Origin: Clostridia bacterium
GTDB taxonomy: Bacteria; Bacillota; Clostridia; Christensenellales; CAG-314
DNA length: 64,000 nt
Direction of reading: 5' to 3'
Assembly (NCBI GenBank): GCA_017457305.1
Contig: JAFTHP010000044.1
Location: 53,700-117,699 of the forward strand
Below the pieces are notes generated by a model that ran no database searches, was not told where the DNA came from, and worked only from the letters and a program-made list of their open reading frames with translations. This document shows, in pieces, positions 47,499 to 57,114 of this stretch. The position numbers and the translations under genes are program-made. Each line of letters starts with the position of its first letter. Within the stretch, counting starts at the first letter, position 1.

Positions 47499-50438
47499 CT
47501 ATTCAGCAGCTACTGGAAGAACAGACCAAGTTCCTCCACCTTTATCCCATGTACCTTCTTTAACGGTGAACATATTTGTTCCATCTGTTGGAACTTTCAA
47601 GTCAGCTGTTTGGTTCCACTTGTTTGTCCAGTTGTTAGCTGCTGCACTTGGATTCATACGGCAGAAAATGATATTAACAAAACCTTCTGGTACTACTACT
47701 TCGTAGATTCCATCGCCGTCTTCATCTGTCATATCTACCCAAACTTCTCCGTTTCCAAAGAAGTATGCTGCAAAACGAGCACCGTCAATCTTCCAGTTTG
47801 CATTTGGTGTTAGGTAAAGAACTGTAGCTTCTACAACTTGGCTAGGATCAAATCCACAAACGGAGCAAACACCATTTTCGCCATTTGTATCGTGTGCAGC
47901 AACTGTATCTTGCAAAACAGCTGTGCAGTTTACACATGTTAGCCAGTGATTCAATGCATCACTACTGTAGCTTTCGCTTTCGGTGTGTTTTGTGCAAACA
48001 ACTTCAACTTGGTTTCCGTCATTCCATGCCATTCTGAACAATACGCCATCTTCCAAACCAGTTGTGATATCAGGAGATTGATCGCGAACACCAGAACCAT
48101 CGTCCTTGATTCCGCTAATGATGAGACCAGTTACATTTACAGGTACTTCAATGGAGTAAATATCATAAGAACCGTCGTTTTCAACAAATGTCATATCAAC
48201 ACCAGGCCATTCAGCATTGAAAACTTTATCTTCTTCACCTACCCAGTAGTACGCCTTAACTTCTGTCCATAGCCAGTTGTTTTGGAAGCAAACTGTTATC
48301 TTTTCCTCTTCGGTTGGTTCTGCTTCACCACAAACAGAGCAAACACCTTCAACAAAGGTATGGCCTAGTGCCTTTGTTTCTTCTGTGCGAACGTTTCCGC
48401 AAACTGAACATGTGTGTTTCTTTTCGCCTGCATTTGTGCAATCAGGTTCGGTAACTGTTTCTGTTGTTTCTGTATGGTAGGAAGCTACTGCAACAGCATT
48501 TTCCTCCTCCCATACCATGTAATACATTACACATGTTTTGTTTTCAATTGTAATGTCAGGTGTCTTATCAAGAGTTTCGGAACCATCGTTTTTAATTCCA
48601 GTAATGATAAGACCTGTTACGTTTGCAGGAACTTCTACAGAATAGATATCGTATGTTCCATCATTAGCAACAAGTGTCATTGCAACGCCTGGCCATTCAG
48701 CATTGGTAATGCTATTTTCGCCTTCAGTAGTCCAATAGTATGCTTTAACGTCAGTCCATAGCCAGTTGTTTTGGAAGTAAACTGTTACCTTTTCAGGTTC
48801 AGCTGGAGTTACCCAACCACAAACAGAGCAAGCGCCTTCCTCGCCTTCAGTATCGTGTTCAGCAAATGAACCTTCAATCACTGCAGAACATGTTGTGCAT
48901 GCATACCAGTGTCCTGTTGCATCTTTGCTTAGTGTTTCAGCTGCTACGTGTTCGTGTTCTACTACAACCTTTGCAATCCAAAGTTGTTTTGTTGTAATAT
49001 CGAAGTATAGATCGTAGTTGCCAGCTTCTGCAACTGTAATATTGGTGTTTTCAGCTACTGTTGCTACTGTAACACCATCTTTAAGTGCGTTAATCCATTG
49101 GTCATCTTGACCTGTTACAGAAATTACTACCTTAAATTCTGCATTAGCTTCCAATGCAACGTTGAGTAGTTTTACTTCTGTATCGGTATGAGCTTCAAAT
49201 GCAACACCTGCGTCCCAGTTGTCAAAGCTACCTTTCAAGGTGTATGTTGTAACAACTGGTGCACTAATTGCAGCTTCAGCTTCTTCTTTTGTTGCATAAC
49301 CACTGTTAGCGTAGAAGTATGGACCATCAGCTACTAGTAGATCCGAGGTTTTTGCACTATCATCTCCAATGTTGAAAAGAATGTTTACTGTTTCAGCAGG
49401 AACTTCAATGCTGTACCAACCAGTTTCTCCTTCTACTGCTGTAGCTTGTGTTCCTGGCCATGTGCCAAGAGATTCGGGTTGCCATGTGTAAGCATAAACT
49501 GTTGTCCAAGCTGTTGTGTAGTAGTAAAGAGTTGTTTTAACTTCTGGAACACTCATTGCAGCTTCAGCTTCTTCCTTGGTTGCATAACCTGTGTTCTTGT
49601 AGAAGTATGGGCCATCAGTAATTAGAAGGTTATTTGTTTGATTAGAACCATCGTTGAATATGATGTTTTGTGTATCAGCAGGAACTTCAACACTGTACCA
49701 GCCCTCTTCGCCTGATACTGCATTGATTGCTGTTCCTGGCCATCCACCTAGATGTTCAGCAAAAGCTGGAGTATCTGTCCAAGCGTATGCGTTAACTGTT
49801 GTCCAATCTGCTGTGTAGAAGTAAACTGTAACTGCTTGTCCTTGAGCTTGTGCTTTGTATCCGCAAACGGAGCAAGCACCATCAGTTCCATTAGTGTCGT
49901 GAGCGGCTTTGTCGTTTAGTTCGCTGCAACCTGTGCAAACATGCCAGTGGTTTGTAGCGTCCTTGGACCAATCTGTTGCCCAGCTGTGGGTGTGAGCTGT
50001 GCCACCTTGTTTGTATCCACAAACACAAGTGTTGTTAGCATCAAAAGTATGGTCAACTTGTTCCGTTGTGTAACCACAGCTACATTCTTGCCAGTGCTTG
50101 CTGGAAGATGATTTGTATTGCAAATCGTGTGTATGGGGAGCTTCATTTTGCTTCCACTTTGCATACAAAGTAACGTTAGCATTTGCTGTTTTATCGGTAA
50201 ATGCCTTTGTGCAAGCGGCATCAGTAAACCAACCTTCAAATGTGTAACCTTCTCTTGATGGGGTTTCAAGTGTAAGGTTAGCACCTTGATCAAGATTTAC
50301 TGTTTTGTCAGCGGGTGCGCCATCGTAGTTGTACTTGTATGTAATGGTTACCTTTGTTGGTGTAAGGTTACATGCTGTAAGAGCCACCGAACACACCAAA
50401 ACAAGTGCCAACAATAGGTACAAAAGTTTTTTGTTCAT
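47499..50438 (-). CDS. Multimodular starch-binding lipoprotein (Flg_new repeat, ~5 CBM25/26-like modules, 5 Cys/His-rich modules)
   Basis: Lipobox ALTAC-N. Modules of the type VTVYFYTADWTTVNAYAWTD...WPGTA...IIFNDG. Cys/His modules HWxxCxxC...H...CSVCG[YWF]. Confidence 0.7.
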   Translation of the reverse strand: MNKKLLYLLLALVLVCSVALTACNLTPTKVTITYKYNYDGAPADKTVNLDQGANLTLETPSREGYTFEGWFTDAACTKAFTDKTANANVTLYAKWKQNEAPHTHDLQYKSSSSKHWQECSCGYTTEQVDHTFDANNTCVCGYKQGGTAHTHSWATDWSKDATNHWHVCTGCSELNDKAAHDTNGTDGACSVCGYKAQAQGQAVTVYFYTADWTTVNAYAWTDTPAFAEHLGGWPGTAINAVSGEEGWYSVEVPADTQNIIFNDGSNQTNNLLITDGPYFYKNTGYATKEEAEAAMSVPEVKTTLYYYTTAWTTVYAYTWQPESLGTWPGTQATAVEGETGWYSIEVPAETVNILFNIGDDSAKTSDLLVADGPYFYANSGYATKEEAEAAISAPVVTTYTLKGSFDNWDAGVAFEAHTDTEVKLLNVALEANAEFKVVISVTGQDDQWINALKDGVTVATVAENTNITVAEAGNYDLYFDITTKQLWIAKVVVEHEHVAAETLSKDATGHWYACTTCSAVIEGSFAEHDTEGEEGACSVCGWVTPAEPEKVTVYFQNNWLWTDVKAYYWTTEGENSITNAEWPGVAMTLVANDGTYDIYSVEVPANVTGLIITGIKNDGSETLDKTPDITIENKTCVMYYMVWEEENAVAVASYHTETTETVTEPDCTNAGEKKHTCSVCGNVRTEETKALGHTFVEGVCSVCGEAEPTEEEKITVCFQNNWLWTEVKAYYWVGEEDKVFNAEWPGVDMTFVENDGSYDIYSIEVPVNVTGLIISGIKDDGSGVRDQSPDITTGLEDGVLFRMAWNDGNQVEVVCTKHTESESYSSDALNHWLTCVNCTAVLQDTVAAHDTNGENGVCSVCGFDPSQVVEATVLYLTPNANWKIDGARFAAYFFGNGEVWVDMTDEDGDGIYEVVVPEGFVNIIFCRMNPSAAANNWTNKWNQTADLKVPTDGTNMFTVKEGTWDKGGGTWSVLPVAAE

Positions 50439-50454
50439 AATTTCCTCCTAAATA

Positions 50455-51369
50455 TTATTTGATACCCAATGATTTGGGTAAGAAATCCAAAAGTATCTTT
50501 TTCCAACTGCCTTCGTTGTGAATTGCTCCGTCAACGTAGTGTTCAACAATGTTTTTCTGTGGGTAGCCATGCTCAACAAGCAAATGTGCTAGTTCACACG
50601 TTGAAGCTACGCCACCAAGTTCATTTAAATGCTCAAGTTGTACAGTATCTGTTACTGCCACCGTTGCATCGTACAGAATATTTTCAAGCATATCCGTGCT
50701 GTTTTTACCGCAGCAAATATACATTTTTTGTTGCTTATTTACACCAACTTGACTTAAAAAGTTGTGCCAGCTTGGCAAGAAAAACAAACCTGTTGCCGGC
50801 GAAAAAGCTCCAACGTATCCGTACAAATTGCTATCTCTAAGTCCCAAGTAAAATGCAGCAAGACCACCGCTACTAGCCCCTACAATGCCTGTGTTTTCCA
50901 TTGTGGTAAGTGTGGAAAAACTACTGTTTACAAAGGGCATCAGTGTTGACTTGATAAAGTTTCCAAGTAGCTCCAATGTGCCACTGGCAAATTTGCCTTC
51001 CTGTGATAATGGAGTTAGTGGACCAAATTGTGTGCTCATTGTCAATTGGCTATCTCTAACGTCAGCACCAGTGCCGTTATCTATACCAACGACAATAACA
51101 CCATCGTGCCCGCTTTGTTGCAACAGCTCTATCGCTCCATCAAAATCCCACCCACCACACATCGGTGTTGGGTACTTTTCCGTGCCGCAACTAAAACCAT
51201 TTTGACCGTCAAAAAGATAAACAACTCCGTACTTTTTGTTGTCTATTTCGTAGCCTTTTGGCAAATATACCATGATGTCAATTTTGCCATTTGTTGCAGG
51301 CAAGTTGACTTCATCTGTTAGAGTAAACGTGTAGGTTTTACCACCTACAAAATTAATTTTTTGTTGCAT
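50455..51369 (-). CDS. Alpha/beta hydrolase, 'putative esterase' family
   Basis: DIMVYLPKGYE...VVYLFDGQN; nucleophile elbow GASSGG. No signal peptide seen. Start uncertain (ATG 51369 or TTG 51393). Confidence 0.65.
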   Translation of the reverse strand: MQQKINFVGGKTYTFTLTDEVNLPATNGKIDIMVYLPKGYEIDNKKYGVVYLFDGQNGFSCGTEKYPTPMCGGWDFDGAIELLQQSGHDGVIVVGIDNGTGADVRDSQLTMSTQFGPLTPLSQEGKFASGTLELLGNFIKSTLMPFVNSSFSTLTTMENTGIVGASSGGLAAFYLGLRDSNLYGYVGAFSPATGLFFLPSWHNFLSQVGVNKQQKMYICCGKNSTDMLENILYDATVAVTDTVQLEHLNELGGVASTCELAHLLVEHGYPQKNIVEHYVDGAIHNEGSWKKILLDFLPKSLGIK

Positions 51370-51499
51370 AGGTTGATAAAAAAAGTAATACAACTGCCTA
51401 CTGCTTACACACTTACTTTGCCAGCTTACAGCAAAAATTTGGTGTAACTCACTACAAAAGCAACACTTGCGTCAATATGTGAGCAAGTGTGCATATGTG

Positions 51500-52624
51500 T
51501 TATTCTGCAGCTTCAATATAAATTGTTCCTGTTGCAGGTTTGTAGTAAATATTATATGTGCCAGCTGGTACCTTGATATTTGAAAATTCGCCTTCTGGAC
51601 GAACGTTTAGGTTAGCATTGTTTTCAACCTTTTCGTATCCAATCCAGGTATCGCCAACTTTTACCTTGAAAGCGTCCGTTGCGCCAACAACTTGGTTTAG
51701 AAGAACAAACTCTTCGTTGCCGTCCATGCCTTGTTGAGATGTCATTGCAATACCAGTTGACCAATCGCCACCAAGACCCATCAAGTATGCGGTTGCACCA
51801 CTTGTTGATCCGCCGCCACCAGCAGCTCCGCCATGGTTAGCAAAATCATTTGCTTCGATTGCTGCAAGAGCATCTTCTAGTGTTGCACAGCCATTTTCGC
51901 CAGCAAAGTATGGACCGTTTGCTACAACAAGGTCAGCTGTTTGTGCTCCACTACCATTGTTGAAAATAACGTTAACAGCAATTGCTTCTACTTCTGCAAC
52001 AAACCAACCTGGGTGACCATCCCACGCTTCCATTGTGTTGCCTGGCCAACTGTCGATATCGTCGCCATTTTTCCAAGTGTAGGACTTAACAGCTCCCCAG
52101 TTTTTGTAATCGTAGAAATAAATCTTTTTAGCAGCAGCCATACCACCACCAAAACCACAATCAGCACAGGAACCAGCAGGACCATTTGTATTGTGCTCTG
52201 CATAGTCAACCTTTTTACCATCACTTCCTACTTTCCAGTGATGAGTATCTGTTGATTGCCAAGGAGAAAGTTCGCCAGAGGTTGAATCATCTTTGCCGTT
52301 GTCTTGTCCACCATCGGATGGTTGATTTTCTGTCCACTTAGCGTAAACAGTTGTGTTTGCAGTAAATGTTTCTGCAACAAAATCTACCTTGAGTTCCTCG
52401 GTGCAAGCAACATCGAAATACCAACCAGCAAAAGTAAAGCCTTCTCTAACTGGATCAGAAGGAAGGGTAACCTTGCCGTCAACTGTTGTAACGTCAAAAG
52501 TAGCGCCACCTTGGTAATTATTGTCGAAAGTAACAACAAAACCTTGGTTACAACCTGTCAAAACAGTCAACACACAAAGAAGTGCTACAACCATCAAACA
52601 AACAAATGCTCTTGTTTTTTTCAT
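51500..52624 (-). CDS. Starch-binding lipoprotein (Flg_new repeat, one Cys/His-related module, CBM25/26-like module)
   Basis: Lipobox VLTGC-N. GFTFAGWY...VYAKW; HHWKV...AEHNTNGPAGSCADCGF; KIYFYDYKNWGAVKSYTW...WPGNTM. Confidence 0.7.
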   Translation of the reverse strand: MKKTRAFVCLMVVALLCVLTVLTGCNQGFVVTFDNNYQGGATFDVTTVDGKVTLPSDPVREGFTFAGWYFDVACTEELKVDFVAETFTANTTVYAKWTENQPSDGGQDNGKDDSTSGELSPWQSTDTHHWKVGSDGKKVDYAEHNTNGPAGSCADCGFGGGMAAAKKIYFYDYKNWGAVKSYTWKNGDDIDSWPGNTMEAWDGHPGWFVAEVEAIAVNVIFNNGSGAQTADLVVANGPYFAGENGCATLEDALAAIEANDFANHGGAAGGGGSTSGATAYLMGLGGDWSTGIAMTSQQGMDGNEEFVLLNQVVGATDAFKVKVGDTWIGYEKVENNANLNVRPEGEFSNIKVPAGTYNIYYKPATGTIYIEAAE

Positions 52625-52901
52625 AAATATGTCCTCTAAACATGTAAATAGTTGCCATTTTCAAATGACCTTGCCAACTTATTGTAACATAGATGTCCAT
52701 ATTTGTCTATAAAGAAAATAAAAAATGATATATTTTTGTTGAACAATTATTTTTATATTAAAATAAAAAATATTTATGCGCGCACAGCAAGTGTACGCGC
52801 ATGTAAAAATAGGGATTATAAAATTGAACAAAACAAAGGTATAGAGAATACGAAAACAGCAAATAATTAAGTGTCAATTATCACATGAACAAAATCACGC
52901 A

Positions 52902-53315
52902 TCAAACAATATCCGTGGGTGTATTGTTCAACAATTTGTGCATATAGCTAACCTTTGCTGCTTTAATACCAACAACCAGCTGCCACCCTCCAATAACCAC
53001 AAGAAAAACACCAAAGCAGGTTGACAAAACCTGATTTGTCGTTTTGCCTGCAAATATAGCACCAATCAAGGAGGTAACAATAGCAGGAAGTATTATCCAC
53101 AATGTGTTTTTCGGCTGAACAAGTTTGTTCTTAAAATGCAATACAAGCGCCATTAGACACATTGGCAAAAAGCTAAAAAGATTAATGGTTTGAATAAGGT
53201 ATTGGGGAACATCCAAAAAGGAAAATAACGGAACCAAAATTGTTCCACCACCCATACCCATACCACCTACAATTCCAGCAAAAAAGCCAAACAATATATA
53301 CAAAAAGATTTTCAT
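52902..53315 (-). CDS. Half-size TSUP (TauE/SafE) family permease, 4-TM unit
   Basis: 137 aa. GFFAGIVGGMGMGGGTILVPL plus three further TM helices. GGGGAG SD. Confidence 0.7.
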   Translation of the reverse strand: MKIFLYILFGFFAGIVGGMGMGGGTILVPLFSFLDVPQYLIQTINLFSFLPMCLMALVLHFKNKLVQPKNTLWIILPAIVTSLIGAIFAGKTTNQVLSTCFGVFLVVIGGWQLVVGIKAAKVSYMHKLLNNTPTDIV

Positions 53316-53850
53316 ACTACTCCCCTATAAACGATATTTTAATTGTATATGTAACGTCTTTTAACATTGCTAGTTGTACACTAATTACAAATATTATCCC
53401 ATATCTTTACTCAAAAATATCCAAACAATTCAAGCGCGTTTTAATGACAATAGTTTGATAGCAATACGCATTGTAGTTGACTAGTTTTAGCTTAAAAAAG
53501 CCACTCAAATTTGCCTTAATCCTACGGTCTTTTCTTGATTGCACTTTGCTGTTTCTTTAGTCTATTTATTGAACTGATAGTAAGAATTTTGCTGTGTAAT
53601 TACTACGTCAAAAACAACAAATACTGACTACTTTGCACTCCTTTATTCGTCCACAAAATTCACTTATTTATCTAACGTTTCATAAATGGTTTGCCCATCA
53701 ACCACTACAGTTCTAGCCTTAACCGTTGCTCGTTTCAACCATTACACTACTACAAAATTCCTTTTCATTAGTGGGCACCACACTATCAACCAACTTTGCT
53801 AACAGTAAATATGCTTGCTTACAGCACAACTTACCTCCGCTTTGAATATG

Positions 53851-54219
53851 TCAAGCTATTAGCATCTTGATACCACCTGCAACAAGTAGTACTGCAAATA
53901 GTATTTTTGCTGTGTTCCCTTGTAGTTTATTCAGTAGCAATGCACCCACTGTTCCGCCCACAAATACCCCTAGTGTAGAATACAGCACTATATCCCACTG
54001 CACGTCTTTGCCAAGCAAATACACAACAAGGCTAACTGCCGTCAGTGGCAATATTATCAGCAATGCCGTAGCTTGCGCCTTTTTTTGAGGTAGTTTTAGT
54101 ACAGTCAAAAGTAGCGTTACCACAACCACTCCACCGCCACCACCAAGAAAACCATTAGATAGTCCGGCAAAGGCCGAACAACCCAGTAATATTATTTTGT
54201 CTTTTATAGTTAAATTCAT
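53851..54219 (-). CDS. Half-size TSUP (TauE/SafE) family permease, 4-TM unit
   Basis: 122 aa. AFAGLSNGFLGGGGGVVVVTLLL plus further TM helices. Confidence 0.7.
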   Translation of the reverse strand: MNLTIKDKIILLGCSAFAGLSNGFLGGGGGVVVVTLLLTVLKLPQKKAQATALLIILPLTAVSLVVYLLGKDVQWDIVLYSTLGVFVGGTVGALLLNKLQGNTAKILFAVLLVAGGIKMLIA

Positions 54220-54361
54220 AAATTATTTGTTCCCTTTTTAGCAATTTGACGCTCATTTAGTTGCTTTTATTTTTAGTTTGTACCAAAATAGTCGTATGTA
54301 TGTAATTTTGCATACTTACTTTAGTAAATAACACAAAGTTAATAAAGGTAAAGAAAGAATT

Positions 54362-56896
54362 ATGAGTAAGAAAAACGCAACAAATGTACAACCATTATCC
54401 GCAAGCACAAAGAAAGCTTTGCTGATTACAGCAATTATTGTAGTAGCAGCTATCATCATGGTAGTTGGTATACTTGCCGTAGTTAACATGGATTTCGAAG
54501 CTATACAAAACCCAGAAACTACACCTGATATGGGAAGTAGTACACTTACAATCAAAAACGGCGACTTCGCTTACAAAAAGATTGAAGGTGGTAGCTACCC
54601 ATACGCAGCACAAAACTGGAAGCTTTACAGTCACGACAAATCCACATTGTCTTCCGACAACAAGATGGAATATGTTCTAAAGGAAATTGCCGCTCAAACA
54701 AACACAGCTCTTGGTATTGTTAACCTTAGCGAAGAAGAATGGGCAAAGGTAGTTGAAGCTGGCATCACAGTAGCAAATCCTGGTCTTCCAACTGACCAAG
54801 ATAGCGAAGTAGCTGACCAAAACGTTTACATGATCAAGGTTGGCGAAGCAGTTCTCACAGGCGACCCAACAAACGCAGGTATTTTGTCCGACACATTTAG
54901 AATTGCAGCATCCAGCTCTGCAAAGATTACATTGTGGGTTAACGTTGCCAACATCACAGAAGGTAATGCAACAGTATCTGTTACATCCAGCTACAAAAAC
55001 AGCAACGGCGACAGCTCCCCATACGATAAGGACCTAATTGTTAAGCCTATCACAATTTCTGCTAGCGAAGCAACAGCAGAAAATGGCGGCTGGGTTCAAA
55101 AGGAAATCTTTGTAACAAACAACCGTACAGATAGTCAATATCTACAAGTTACAGTTGCTCTTGGCGATATCTACACAAACACAGCTGCAAAGGGAACCAT
55201 CTTTGTAGACGACATTTTGTTTGATAGCACAATCACAGCAAACGAACCACGTGAACAAGCTACAATCGATGCTGCTTACTGCGGCGTTATCGAATCCACC
55301 GACACTACTACTCCTGACTACGTAACAATGGTTAAGGAAGGCACAGTAGATGCTACAACAATCGACAAGGTTCAATACCTAAGCGAAGCAAGCGCAATCG
55401 TTGGAACAAAAGCTTACTCTCCATTTATGCCAGATGAACCAGGCACACAAAAACTCATCTACAAACTTGTAAATGACGGAACACAAGCTGGTCAAATTGG
55501 TCTTCGTTTGGAAAACGCAATCAAAGTAAACAAACAACTTATTCTCGACACAACAAGCCACTTGCACATCAGCTTCTGGCTAAGAGTTGCTCAAGATAGT
55601 CCACTAGCTCAAGCAAACGTTTACCTACAACAAAAAGATGGTACCGAATGGGTAGACATTGACGGTGCATCCTTCACAAAAATTGAAACTAGCCAAAAAA
55701 TCACAGAAGATGCTAACTGCGGTTGGGTACAATACAGTTTCTACGTATCTCCTGGTCAAATAATGCAAGAAGTTAGCTTGCTAATCACTCTTGGCGAACG
55801 CGATGGATACAAGACAGGAAGCATCATCCCAAGCGGAACATTGTACGTAATGCAACCTGGTGTAGAATTCATCAGCCAAAACGAATATGCAACAGCATCC
55901 ACATCCAGTTACGTAAAGAAGACAAACCTTCTTGGTGACGAAGCTGTTCCAACAGTATCCAATGGTTCCTTCACAGATTACAGCAACGTTACAAACCAAC
56001 CAACAAACTGGCTAAGCGCATTTGCTGGCGACCTAGCTATCTACAAGGATGGCAAGGGCGATACAGTTACAACAATCGACAAGACTGTAGGCGCAGTTCT
56101 TGGTAGCGGAATTGCAAAGGACGATACTTTGCTCTACGACGACCAAGTTAGAAACGTTCTTAAGATCCAAAACAACACAGCAACAAGCTACGGTTACCTA
56201 TCCAACAACATCAGCGTATCTGCTAACACAGTTACAGTATTCTCCGTTCTTGCAAAGGGCGAAGGCAATGCAATTCCTTACATCTACTTGCTAGACAACG
56301 GTCAAGAACGTGACAACGCAGTTATCGCTAAGGTAGAAGGCACACAAAGCTCCGTTCCATCCAAGATCTTCTGTCAACTTGACGAAGCTACAGGCTGGAC
56401 ACGCTACTACATTGTAGTTGTTGCAGACGAAGCTATGACAGTTCGCATCGCATTGTTCAATGGTAGCATCGATGGAACAACAACACAACAAGGCACAGTT
56501 TACTTCGACCAAGTATCCAAGAAACAAATTGGTACATTTACTTTTGAAGTTAACGAAGAAGAAACAAAGCAAAACGTTGTTTACACAGCAGTTGCTGGTT
56601 ACGAAGCTGTAGAAATTGACGAAGCTGGCGTTTTGACAATCAAGGATGGCGACACAGTTATTAACCTTGCTGGTCAAATTGTAGAACCAACTGCAGAAGA
56701 TTGGGCAGAACTTACAAAGCTTCCAGAAGAAACAGATGATGACCACGACCATGATCACGATCACGATCACGAAGATGACACACACAACCACGTTGACGTA
56801 GGTTTGTTGTTGTCCGTAATCTCCAGTGTTATTTTGGTAGCAGCATTGGGCGTAGCAATCGTTGTTAGAATCTACAAAAAGAAAGCTCGTAGATAA
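54362..56896 (+). CDS. Large bitopic membrane protein: N- and C-terminal TM helices and an (Asp-His)n acidic tail
   Basis: 844 aa. TM LLITAIIVVAAIIMVVGILAVV, IKNGDF.../VSNGSF... sugar-binding-like module starts, DDDHDHDHDHDHEDDTHNH, then TM LLLSVISSVILVAALGVAIVV. Confidence 0.6.
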   Translation: MSKKNATNVQPLSASTKKALLITAIIVVAAIIMVVGILAVVNMDFEAIQNPETTPDMGSSTLTIKNGDFAYKKIEGGSYPYAAQNWKLYSHDKSTLSSDNKMEYVLKEIAAQTNTALGIVNLSEEEWAKVVEAGITVANPGLPTDQDSEVADQNVYMIKVGEAVLTGDPTNAGILSDTFRIAASSSAKITLWVNVANITEGNATVSVTSSYKNSNGDSSPYDKDLIVKPITISASEATAENGGWVQKEIFVTNNRTDSQYLQVTVALGDIYTNTAAKGTIFVDDILFDSTITANEPREQATIDAAYCGVIESTDTTTPDYVTMVKEGTVDATTIDKVQYLSEASAIVGTKAYSPFMPDEPGTQKLIYKLVNDGTQAGQIGLRLENAIKVNKQLILDTTSHLHISFWLRVAQDSPLAQANVYLQQKDGTEWVDIDGASFTKIETSQKITEDANCGWVQYSFYVSPGQIMQEVSLLITLGERDGYKTGSIIPSGTLYVMQPGVEFISQNEYATASTSSYVKKTNLLGDEAVPTVSNGSFTDYSNVTNQPTNWLSAFAGDLAIYKDGKGDTVTTIDKTVGAVLGSGIAKDDTLLYDDQVRNVLKIQNNTATSYGYLSNNISVSANTVTVFSVLAKGEGNAIPYIYLLDNGQERDNAVIAKVEGTQSSVPSKIFCQLDEATGWTRYYIVVVADEAMTVRIALFNGSIDGTTTQQGTVYFDQVSKKQIGTFTFEVNEEETKQNVVYTAVAGYEAVEIDEAGVLTIKDGDTVINLAGQIVEPTAEDWAELTKLPEETDDDHDHDHDHDHEDDTHNHVDVGLLLSVISSVILVAALGVAIVVRIYKKKARR

Positions 56897-56914
56897 TCAA
56901 CTAAATACACAAAC

Positions 56915-56949
56915 AAAAAAGTAGCAACTGCAAAGTTGCTACTTTTTTT
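56915..56949. terminator. Bidirectional terminator
   Basis: A-run, GTAGCAACT / AGTTGCTAC, T-run. Confidence 0.75.
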
Positions 56950-57114
56950 ATTATCAATTTATATGTTTGTGTATTTGTTGCAACTAGATACAACGCCACG
57001 TTCATTATACCTTTAACTAAATATTTTACTTTAACCATATATCATTATATATAGTAAAATTCAATGTTGTGTTGTTTTACAACAATACTAGCGGTTGCAA
57101 TGTGCACTACCACT

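Noticed and set aside
53316-53850. The spacer between the TSUP halves as an IS element or intron
   Set aside because: It has no transposase or maturase ORF, and I could see no terminal inverted repeats or conserved intron motifs. It is left as unexplained non-coding DNA.
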